A stretch of 64,000 bases of DNA from Thermoguttaceae bacterium (GTDB lineage Bacteria; Planctomycetota; Planctomycetia; Pirellulales; Thermoguttaceae): the NCBI GenBank assembly GCA_045641205.1, contig JAZUGM010000392.1:2577-66576 (forward strand), in the 5' to 3' direction. The position numbers and the translations under genes are program-made. Each line of letters begins with the position of its first letter. Positions within the stretch are counted from its first letter, which is position 1. Below are positions 26,903 to 34,784 of this stretch, in pieces. The notes under the pieces were generated by a model that saw only the letters and a list, made by a program, of their open reading frames with translations, was not told the origin of the DNA and did no database searches.

Positions 26903-28084
26903 TCAATTCAGACGTTCGACGACGGCAAGTCGCGCGCGAGGATGCGCTTTTTCATAAACGGCGTGCAAAGTCGACGTCGAAACGTGCGCGTATATTTGGG
27001 TCGTGACGACGTTTTTATGACCGAGAAGCTCCTGAATCGAACGAACGTCGGCGCCGGAGTCGAGCAAATGCGTCGCAAAAGAATGGCGCAACGTATGGGG
27101 AGAAACGCGCGAGTCGAGGTTCGTTTGACGCAAATAACCGTCAAGTTTGCGCCCGACGCTCCGAACGTTGAGCGCGCCGCCGTTTTTGTTGAGAAAGACG
27201 GGCTCTTCCAAAAATTCTTCCCATCGACGTCGCGCGTTCGGATCGTTCAACTCTTCGGGCGCGGCAGGCGCAAAACTGGTTTCCCCTCGAAAAATTCCGA
27301 TTTTTTCGAGCGCCGAATCGTCGCTCGATTCGCCAGAATTCTCGAGAACGTCGCGAACGTTGGGAAAGAACGTCGCGACAAAACGACGCGTTTCTCGACA
27401 CGGAGCCGCTATTTCCGCAAAACGCGCTCTGTCGCGTCTTTTGACGACCAAAGAAGATTCGCGCAGGTATTCGCGCGCAAAAAGCAAATATTTTAACAGG
27501 GCGGCGCGCGCGTAAGCGCCAATAAACGCAAAACGTTCCCGCTTGCCCTTCCCTCTAATTTTAAGCAGTTCTTCGTCAAGTAACAAATCGGAAAAGAGAA
27601 GTCCGACGCACTCGCTTACGCGCAACCCGCCCGAATAGAGAATCTCGAGAATCGCGCGATCACGGAGCCCAAGAGGGTCGCAAGGATTCGGCGCGTTCAA
27701 TAATTTGTCGACGTCTTCGGTCGAGAGTACGAGAGGCAACGGTCGACGTCCTCGCGGATTCCGCAAAGCGCGCGCCGGGTTGTCTTGCGCCCACCCCTCT
27801 CGCTCGCCAAATTTAAAAAAACCGCGCAACGAAGCAAGACGACGCGAGATAGTCGCCTTCGAATACGACGCTTCGTTCATTGCAAGAACGTAACCGCGCA
27901 ACTCCGGCGGCGTCGTCGCCCAAGGAAGCGCGCTTTGTCCGTTATGAACCAGCGACTCGTATTCCAACCACGCTTCAAGATCTTCGCCGTAACTCTTGAT
28001 CGTATGTTCGGAATAATTTCGTTCGACTCTAAGATAACGTAAAAACCGCTCGAATAATTCGCGCCATATTTTGTCGTTGTTCAT
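26903..28084 (-). CDS. tyrosine site-specific recombinase, XerC/XerD-like, with a ~85-aa insertion
   Basis: N-terminal SAM-like domain (FLRYLRVERNYSEHTIKSYGEDL). The catalytic domain has RDRAILEILYSGGLRVSECVGL, HTLRHSFATHLL and LGHKNVVTTQIYAHV (R..H-x-x-R..H..Y). 393 aa, versus about 300 for a typical Xer. Confidence 0.85.
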   Translation of the reverse strand: MNNDKIWRELFERFLRYLRVERNYSEHTIKSYGEDLEAWLEYESLVHNGQSALPWATTPPELRGYVLAMNEASYSKATISRRLASLRGFFKFGEREGWAQDNPARALRNPRGRRPLPLVLSTEDVDKLLNAPNPCDPLGLRDRAILEILYSGGLRVSECVGLLFSDLLLDEELLKIRGKGKRERFAFIGAYARAALLKYLLFAREYLRESSLVVKRRDRARFAEIAAPCRETRRFVATFFPNVRDVLENSGESSDDSALEKIGIFRGETSFAPAAPEELNDPNARRRWEEFLEEPVFLNKNGGALNVRSVGRKLDGYLRQTNLDSRVSPHTLRHSFATHLLDSGADVRSIQELLGHKNVVTTQIYAHVSTSTLHAVYEKAHPRARLAVVERLN

Positions 28085-28198
28085 CGGTCGAAATATAAAA
28101 TTTGGAAGCCGACGTCAAAAAACACGTCGAAAGCAACATAAAAAAACCCGGCAAAAAGCTCGCTTTCTACCGGGAAATAAACAGACGAAAAAAGTCCG

Positions 28199-28519
28199 TC
28201 AATCCTCGACTTCTCCGCCGTAATATTGAGATATATTGTCGCGCAAAGACGCCATTCCCAAGGCGCGCGCCAACTTGCGAACGCCGCGTCTCTGCCGAGG
28301 ACGCTCGACGCCCTCAACTTCCGCTTGTTCGGCGCGTTTCTGTTCGCGACGCACCTTCTGCGTCAAAACGGCGGCGTCGTGCCAACTAAAACTCAACTCG
28401 GGATCGGACGCGTAACGACCAAAAGAATCAAGAATCTCCCGACGATTTTGCCCGTTGTAGAGAAATACGTATCGTTCCTTACCTTTAACAAGCGCCAAAA
28501 CATTGACTTCTTGATCCAT
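28199..28519 (-). CDS. hypothetical protein
   Basis: 106-aa ORF co-directional with and upstream of the recombinase; protein-like composition in the N-terminal half (MDQEVNVLALVKGKERYVFLYNGQNRREILDSFGRYASDPELSFSWHDAAVL). No family recognised. Confidence 0.4.
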   Translation of the reverse strand: MDQEVNVLALVKGKERYVFLYNGQNRREILDSFGRYASDPELSFSWHDAAVLTQKVRREQKRAEQAEVEGVERPRQRRGVRKLARALGMASLRDNISQYYGGEVED

Positions 28520-28951
28520 AAACGCGCCTCTATAATATCGTCGCCGTTCGACGTAAATTCAAACGGCGGCGTCTTAGATTCAACAGGGGGGTATAACAAC
28601 TGCGACGCAAAAATACGCCTGACTTCTAAGTTCGCCAATTTATCCAAAATAAAAAAATGACAAAAGAGAAGCAAAGCCTCAACAGCCGACCGCATACGCG
28701 ACCCATTAAGTCGCAACATCCCGTCGGCTTTGCGTCTAACTACTGTATCGGATTGTCGGAGGAAAACTTGACCAAAAAATCAAGGAAAAAAACATTTCTT
28801 AAAACTTCTATTTTGTCTATCTTAATATTTCAGTGATTTTCAATCGTTTCTCAAAGTCAAAGAAAAAGACTAAGCAACGTTTCGTCGCCCCTACGTTCAA
28901 AAACAAAAGACGGTATAATATGCGCGCATTAAAAACTATAAGGACTTTAAA

Positions 28952-29818
28952 ATGGAAAAAAAAGCTCCCGTAGAAAAAATAAGCGACGCAAAAAAACAAC
29001 GCGTTTCCTTCCGTATGTTGATGATTGGCGACGTAATGGGCAAGGCTGGGCGAGATATCCTCGTCCAACGAATCGCCGCTATTAAAGACAAATTCGACGT
29101 CGATTTCGTCGTCGTCAACGCGGAAAACGCCGCCGGAGGCGCAGGATTGACCCCGGAAATTTTCAACGCGATTATTCGCGCCGGAGTCGACTGCGTCACG
29201 CTTGGCGACCACGCATACGATCAAAAGTCGCTGTACCCTGTGTTAAATTCGAACGAAACGCGTCTAGTGCGACCGATTAATTTGCCGCCGGACGCGCCCG
29301 GAAAAGGCTGGACCGTCATAGAAGCGCCGGCAAAAGAAGGACGCCCCGCGCTACGCGTCGCCGTCGTCGCGGCGCTCGGACGCGTCTTTATGCGCGAAAT
29401 GGGCGACAATCCGCTCGTCGCGCTCGACAAAGTCCTAGAAAAAATAGCCGACGTTCAAATTCGTCTCTTAGATTTCCACGCCGAAGCGACAAGCGAAACG
29501 CAAACGATAGGTCGGTATCTCGACGGTAAGTTTTCCGCCGTCTTGGGTACGCATACGCACGTTCCCACTGCCGACGAAGAAATCTTTCCGAACGGCACGG
29601 CGTTTCAATGCGACGTCGGAATGACGGGCTCGTTTGAAAGCATCATTGGACGAAGATTAGACGTCGTTTTTGAAAATATGAAGACGTGCAAGCGAACAAC
29701 CTTCGAAGTCGCCTCAAAAGACGCTCGACTTTGCGGCACGCTAGTCGACGTCGACGCCGTTTCGGGAAAAGCGACCGCGATTCGTCGTCTCGTCGTCAAA
29801 GAAAACGACGAACTATAG
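28952..29818 (+). CDS. YmdB-family metallophosphoesterase (TIGR00282-type 2',3'-cyclic-nucleotide phosphodiesterase)
   Basis: MLMIGDVMGKAGR.., VVVNAENAAGGAGLT, VTLGDHAYD, LDFHAEATSE, LGTHTHVPTADE and CDVGMTG are the YmdB metal-binding blocks. The start could instead be at the internal Met near 29015. Confidence 0.85.
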   Translation: MEKKAPVEKISDAKKQRVSFRMLMIGDVMGKAGRDILVQRIAAIKDKFDVDFVVVNAENAAGGAGLTPEIFNAIIRAGVDCVTLGDHAYDQKSLYPVLNSNETRLVRPINLPPDAPGKGWTVIEAPAKEGRPALRVAVVAALGRVFMREMGDNPLVALDKVLEKIADVQIRLLDFHAEATSETQTIGRYLDGKFSAVLGTHTHVPTADEEIFPNGTAFQCDVGMTGSFESIIGRRLDVVFENMKTCKRTTFEVASKDARLCGTLVDVDAVSGKATAIRRLVVKENDEL

Positions 29819-30424
29819 ACGTTCGTCTCGTCTTTTTTTCGTCCTTTTAGCGCGAAAGAACGCGCGCAACAATTCCGCGCAATCCTCGCGTAAAACGCCT
29901 TCGACGACTTCACAACGCCAGTTGAGTCGCGGATCGCTAAGAGCCGCGTAGAGCGAAACGACCGCGCCTCCTTTAGGATCGCGAGCGCCGAAAACCGTTC
30001 TGTTTACGCGAGATTGAACAAGAGCGCCGGCGCACATCATACAAGGTTCAAGAGTAACAAAAAGTTCCGAATCCTCGATACGCCAAGAAGGATAAAAGAG
30101 GGAGGCTTGGCGTAAAACAAGCGTTTCCGCATGCGCGGTCGGATCGCAAAGACGCTCGCGACGATTGTGATCGCGCGCGATTATGTAATTCTGGCAAACA
30201 AGAACCGCCCCGATCGGAACTTCGCCCTCTTCGGCGGCAAGTTCCGCCTCGACGAGCGCGCGTCGCATAAAAAAATTGTCGCGGTCGCCGTCCCTGACCG
30301 TCCAACGTTCGAGCGCGACGTCGCGCGAAAAGGGCGCGCGTTGCGAGTCGACCCAACAAGAAGCGTTAACGCCGTCCCTTGCGACGGACGGCAAATGGTT
30401 TGCAAACGTCAAAGAATCGTTCAT
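29813..30424 (-). CDS. tadA: tRNA adenosine(34) deaminase
   Basis: FFMRRALVEAELAAEEGEVPIGAVLV.., HAETLVL and TLEPCMMCAGAL (H-A-E ... P-C-x-x-C zinc site). Start placed at ATG 30424 rather than TTG 30442. Confidence 0.85.
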   Translation of the reverse strand: MNDSLTFANHLPSVARDGVNASCWVDSQRAPFSRDVALERWTVRDGDRDNFFMRRALVEAELAAEEGEVPIGAVLVCQNYIIARDHNRRERLCDPTAHAETLVLRQASLFYPSWRIEDSELFVTLEPCMMCAGALVQSRVNRTVFGARDPKGGAVVSLYAALSDPRLNWRCEVVEGVLREDCAELLRAFFRAKRTKKRRDERL

Positions 30425-30442
30425 ATCGGCGCGCGACGTCAA

Positions 30443-30880
30443 TTAATACGCCTCGCTAGAATCGTCGTTTAACGCAAACCCTGAAACGTTCGAAGATTCG
30501 GCGGTCGCATTGAAAGACGCCTGACGTGCGACGTAACGAGAATCGGAATCGATCGCGGTGGGAATTTGCGTCGCCGTTTGCGACGAAGCAAGTTGAGTCG
30601 ATTCCATTACGCTGGAAGAGACGGCGGAGCCGCCAAACTCGCTTGCCGAGTAGTATTCGACGCTTCCGCCGCCGCAGGACTCGCAATAGCCGTTCGCGTT
30701 GGAAGAACGATCCATACCGCCAAGAATCGACCCGCAACGATACAATTCGCCCATACACTGATCGCCGCGCTCGGGCAAAAAGGTCGGCTGACAACAATCG
30801 TAAGGCGCCAAACAAGCGCGACAACCGACGAAACCAACGGCAAACGCCATTACTACTGCCATTACGATTCTACGCGTCAT
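30443..30880 (-). CDS. small secreted / lipoprotein-like Cys-containing hypothetical protein
   Basis: ATG 30880 with ACGGAG upstream; MTRRIVMAVVMAFAVGFVGC looks like a signal with a lipobox. Followed by a Cys-rich segment and a Ser/Thr-rich tail. Stop abuts the tadA start region. Confidence 0.5.
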   Translation of the reverse strand: MTRRIVMAVVMAFAVGFVGCRACLAPYDCCQPTFLPERGDQCMGELYRCGSILGGMDRSSNANGYCESCGGGSVEYYSASEFGGSAVSSSVMESTQLASSQTATQIPTAIDSDSRYVARQASFNATAESSNVSGFALNDDSSEAY

Positions 30881-31205
30881 TGCAAACGCTCCGTTTCTCT
30901 TTTGATTCTTACGCTTCAAATGATTCTCTGACGCTCTTCGCGCGTCGCTCTATATCCTATTGTCGGCAAATTTTTCAGAATATTTAGAAAAATCAGAAAA
31001 TTTTAACATTTTCATTAAAAACGTTCTCACGTTTGAACGCGAGCAGATTCTAAAAAGAGAAAAACAATGGCGCGATCGACAAGAGCTTAATGCCTTTCGA
31101 CGCCGTTTAACTTGCGCGTTTCGGTAATAATTAGAATAAACCTTTCCAACGCTCTATCTTTTTTGACAGATTAAAAAAAATATTCTTAAGAAATATAAAA
31201 AAAAC

Positions 31206-31235
31206 TTGACCGAAAGCCCTTTATGATGTTACAAT
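31206..31235 (+). promoter_or_regulatory. sigma70-like promoter candidate for the pilMN-like operon
   Basis: TTGACC-18 nt-TACAAT after a long A/T tract. Would give a ~200-nt leader before ATG 31440. Confidence 0.4.
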
Positions 31236-31439
31236 AGAGGGGGAGCGCTATAGGCGTTTGACGTCAAAGCGCGCTAGGGAGTCGCAAAAGGCGCGCTTTA
31301 GCGTCGGTCGCGTTGAAAACGTTTTGGAAACGGAGACGTCGGAGCGGTCGGCGCGTTTGCCTAGGAAACTCGCCGGAATGCGATATGGTTCGCGGACCTT
31401 TGTCGGCGCAACGAAAGTTAAGCACGGGACAAATCGATT

Positions 31440-34400
31440 ATGGCTAAAAATGAAACCGTATGGGGCGTCGACGTAGGCAATACGTCGTTGAAGGCGATAC
31501 GTTGTCGAAAAGGCGCTGATCCGGGAAGTTTAGAAGTTCTAAACTTTGACTATATTGAGCATAGTAAAATTTTGTCGCAGCCGGGCGCCGACGCCGACGA
31601 AATTTTTGCGGAAACGCTCAAGTTGTTTCTGTCGCGTAACAATATCAAAGGCGAAAAGGTCGCGATTTCCGTTTCCGGGCAAAACGCCTTATGGCGTTAC
31701 CAGCCGTTGCCGCCGATCGATCCGAAAAAAGTGCCCGAATTAATCAAATATGAAGTCAAACAATGGCTTCCCTTCGACTTACAAGACGTGATCTGGGACT
31801 ATCGTCAAGTCGGAGGAACGATCGAGGGCGGAATCGCGCTCGACCTCTTCATCTTTATGTACGCGATGAAACGCGAGACGGCCAAGCGAACCTTGGAACG
31901 TTACGCCGCGTCGAACGTCGACGTCGATTGCGTTCAAGGGGCGCAAGTCGCGTTGTACAATTCGTTCGTTCACGATATGTACGACTACGAAGCCTTGCTC
32001 GAACGCGACATTAATGAGCTAAACGATTTCGACGTTATTTTAAACGTAGGAACGGACGCGACGGAAATTGTCGTTACGAACGGCGTCGCCGTATGGTTGC
32101 GCAACATACCCGTCGGCGGTAATCTCTTCACGAAGGCGTTGACAAAATCGCTCAAATTAACCTTCTCTAACGCGGAACACATCAAACGCAACGCCGGCGC
32201 GGCTCAAGATCCTAAAGCCGTTATTTTGGCGATGAAACCCGTCTTCAACGATATGTTGACGGAAATCGACCGTTCCATCAAATATTATTGCAGTCTCAAT
32301 AAAAAGGCGAAGATTCGTCGTATTTACGCGCTTGGCAACGCGATGAAATTGCCCGGTCTGCGCCAATTCTTGTCGAAGAGTTTAGGATTAGACGTCGTCG
32401 TTCCAACTTCCTTTGCCAAATTACGCGGCGAAGAGACGCTTTCTAACAATCTTTTCAAAGACAACGCGTCCGCGTTTGGCGTCGCCTACGGGCTTGCGCT
32501 CCAGCTCTTAGGCGAAGCGCCGTTGAGTATCAACTTAGTTCCGCGCGACATAGTTCAGCAACGTCTCATAGAACAAAACAAGCCGTGGGCGCTTGCCGCC
32601 GCTTCGATTTTGGGGCTTGGACTGACCGTTCAATACCTTTCGACAACGTCCACTTATAACGTCGTGCAAAATCCCGCCTTGGATTCCGCGCAAAAACAAG
32701 CGGAATCCGTCGCGTCTAAATCGAAAGACCTTATTGCAAAAGCGACTGCCGCAGTTACCGAATTTAAGAAATTCGACGATATCGGTTCGAATTTGACAAG
32801 CGGAGTCGAAGGACGTCTCACGTGGATGGAATTGCTTAAGGCGATTAATTCAGTCATTCCTGCTGAAGCGCCAAATAAAGCGATTCTTGAGGACGGCGTG
32901 TCCCCAATGAAGGTTCGCGAGATCAAAAAACAGAACCGAATTTATATTAACAATATTGAAGTCCAAGAAGTCGAAGACCTGAGCGAATGGTTTGAATTGG
33001 TTCGACGTTGGTACTATATCGACGACCTTGAAGCTCAAGCGTTCGCGACGGACGCCGAAGGAAATCCGCTCGAAGCGCCTGCTGACGCGACCGCAAACGC
33101 GACCGATGAAACAAAGTCGACTCCGGCGACGGCTGAGAGCGACGCCGCTTCCGACGCCGCGTCTGATTCTGATTCCGCTACAAACGACGCTTCTGACGCC
33201 GCTTCCGATGCGTCCTCGACGGATCAAAAGTCTTCTTCCACGTCGGGAAATTCTTCTAGTTCTTCCAGCGCGTCCGAGTCGGGCGAATATGTCCCCAAAT
33301 ACACGTTGGAGCAAATGTTCCCCTTCGTTCCCGCCGCTGAAACTAAGGGCGGATCCGGCTCGAGTAGTTCTAGTTCGTCAAAATCAAGTTCCTCGAGTTC
33401 TTCTTCGAAGTCCTCAAGTTCCTCCTCTTCGAAATCCTCAAGTTCGAGTTCCAAGTCCTCGTCTAGTTCTTCATCGTCTAGTTCTTCTTCGAAGGGCGGT
33501 TCCGATTTGGCGGCGTTCGACGAATTTACCGAAGGCGACGACAAGCGACTTGCCGAGATTCCCGGTCCTTCCGGCGCCGGTCGAATAGTTCAGTTGACCG
33601 GCTACCATTACCACAACCCGGACGACGTCAACGATCCTTCCAGAGGCGCCGAATATATTCGTCGTACTATTCTCTATAATCTCAAGCACGGCGAAATCGA
33701 TTTGCCCATCAGTTTAGAGCGACAACGCGCGGGCGAAACCGGCGTCGACCATCTCACGCTCAAAGAAATGGGAATTTACTTCCCCGTTATGGTCGATCCG
33801 AAAGTTATCGACGAACGTTTTAGACTCCTCGACCCGGAAGCGGCTGCTGAAGCTCGTAAAGAACTCTTAAAGTCGATGATCAAAACGCAACCGGGAAAGG
33901 CAGGCGGGGTCAATCGTCAAAACGGAGGAATGATGGGCGCGGGCGGCGTCGGCGGAACCGGCGGAGGCATGGGCGCGGGAATGACTTCCGGTATGGGGTC
34001 GGGTATGTCGGGCGGAATGTCGGGCGGAATGTCGGGCGGCGCCTCAAGAGGCGGTATGGGCGGCGGTATGAGTTCTATGAACAACCAAATCGCCAACCAA
34101 CTTAGCGACGACCAAGTTTTGAATTTAGCTCGTTACGATTTTACCATTCAATTCGTGTGGATGGAAACGCCTCCAAGCGATCGCGACGCGCGACGTAAAG
34201 CCGCCGAAGAGGAAGCCGCGAAAGCGTCCGAATCTTCAGAGGCAGGCGCCGACGGTTCCGCGAATACGACCGAACCCGCGACAACGGACGACGACGCAAA
34301 CGAGACTGCGTTGGGCGAAGACGCCAATGTAGCGGAAACGACCGCACCGGCTGATGACGCCAACGCGACGGAAGCGACCGACTCGACCGAAGACGCCAAC

Positions 34401-34460
34401 GCGAATGCGACGACCAACGACGCCAATGCGACGGAGTCTGCGGAGCCCGCCGCGCCGTAA
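31440..34460 (+). CDS. PilM-PilN fusion protein (GspL-like architecture) with Ser/Lys linker, Gly/Met tract and acidic tail (protein A)
   Basis: The first 360 aa have the actin/FtsA-like PilM fold (VWGVDVGNTSLKAIRC, ILNVGTDATEIVVTNG, IPVGGNLFTKAL, IYALGNAMKLPGLRQFL). The PilN signature SINLVPRD (32529-32543) and the TM helix PWALAAASILGLGLTV follow. The remaining ~600 aa are extracytoplasmic and include low-complexity tracts. Confidence 0.8.
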   Translation: MAKNETVWGVDVGNTSLKAIRCRKGADPGSLEVLNFDYIEHSKILSQPGADADEIFAETLKLFLSRNNIKGEKVAISVSGQNALWRYQPLPPIDPKKVPELIKYEVKQWLPFDLQDVIWDYRQVGGTIEGGIALDLFIFMYAMKRETAKRTLERYAASNVDVDCVQGAQVALYNSFVHDMYDYEALLERDINELNDFDVILNVGTDATEIVVTNGVAVWLRNIPVGGNLFTKALTKSLKLTFSNAEHIKRNAGAAQDPKAVILAMKPVFNDMLTEIDRSIKYYCSLNKKAKIRRIYALGNAMKLPGLRQFLSKSLGLDVVVPTSFAKLRGEETLSNNLFKDNASAFGVAYGLALQLLGEAPLSINLVPRDIVQQRLIEQNKPWALAAASILGLGLTVQYLSTTSTYNVVQNPALDSAQKQAESVASKSKDLIAKATAAVTEFKKFDDIGSNLTSGVEGRLTWMELLKAINSVIPAEAPNKAILEDGVSPMKVREIKKQNRIYINNIEVQEVEDLSEWFELVRRWYYIDDLEAQAFATDAEGNPLEAPADATANATDETKSTPATAESDAASDAASDSDSATNDASDAASDASSTDQKSSSTSGNSSSSSSASESGEYVPKYTLEQMFPFVPAAETKGGSGSSSSSSSKSSSSSSSSKSSSSSSSKSSSSSSKSSSSSSSSSSSSKGGSDLAAFDEFTEGDDKRLAEIPGPSGAGRIVQLTGYHYHNPDDVNDPSRGAEYIRRTILYNLKHGEIDLPISLERQRAGETGVDHLTLKEMGIYFPVMVDPKVIDERFRLLDPEAAAEARKELLKSMIKTQPGKAGGVNRQNGGMMGAGGVGGTGGGMGAGMTSGMGSGMSGGMSGGMSGGASRGGMGGGMSSMNNQIANQLSDDQVLNLARYDFTIQFVWMETPPSDRDARRKAAEEEAAKASESSEAGADGSANTTEPATTDDDANETALGEDANVAETTAPADDANATEATDSTEDANANATTNDANATESAEPAAP
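33354..33494 (+). repeat. Ser/Lys low-complexity coding tract
   Basis: SGSSSSSSSKSSSSSSSSKSSSSSSSKSSSSSSKSSSSSSSSSSSSK, encoded by mixed Ser codons (agt/tct/tcg/tcc/tca). Confidence 0.9.
33921..34079 (+). repeat. Gly/Met-rich low-complexity tract (A1)
   Basis: NGGMMGAGGVGGTGGGMGAGMTSGMGSGMSGGMSGGMSGGASRGGMGGGMSSM. Confidence 0.9.
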
Positions 34461-34784
34461 GCGTTTCGCGTGCGGCAGATTTAGTCGCGTCTTGAGCCGC
34501 GTCGTCGTACGCTTGAATTTAACGTATGGCTAAAATGGATGATAAAGCGCGCGTCGAAACGTCGCGCGCAACCGTATAAAACGTTCGTAAGAGCGTTTCC
34601 CTTTGTTCGACTTCCGATAGAACAATCCTCGTCGTTTCGGAATTGAAGCGTCGAGACCGTTTGAAACAGTTCGATTTAGTTCGGATTTTTTCCTACCGTT
34701 TTCCGCAAAGTTCCGAGCGGTTCCCTAGTCGACTCGTAGCAAGCGCCGCGCGCGCGTCGTCGTTGGGATATAAAGGTGAAAAGA

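Noticed and set aside
28520-28951. Possible tRNA, tmRNA or other structured ncRNA in the 430-bp spacer
   Set aside because: I found only imperfect stems (for example gcaaagcc...ggctttgc). I saw no T-loop or anticodon-arm pattern and no conserved SRP, 6S or RNase P boxes. It is most simply a divergent promoter region. I cannot exclude an ncRNA without a covariance-model search.
33224-33544. Minus-strand ORF encoding an extremely acidic Glu/Leu/Asp protein
   Set aside because: It is the exact antisense reading of the Ser/Lys tract of protein A (TCN/AGY Ser codons read as Glu/Leu/Asp). It has no independent start context.
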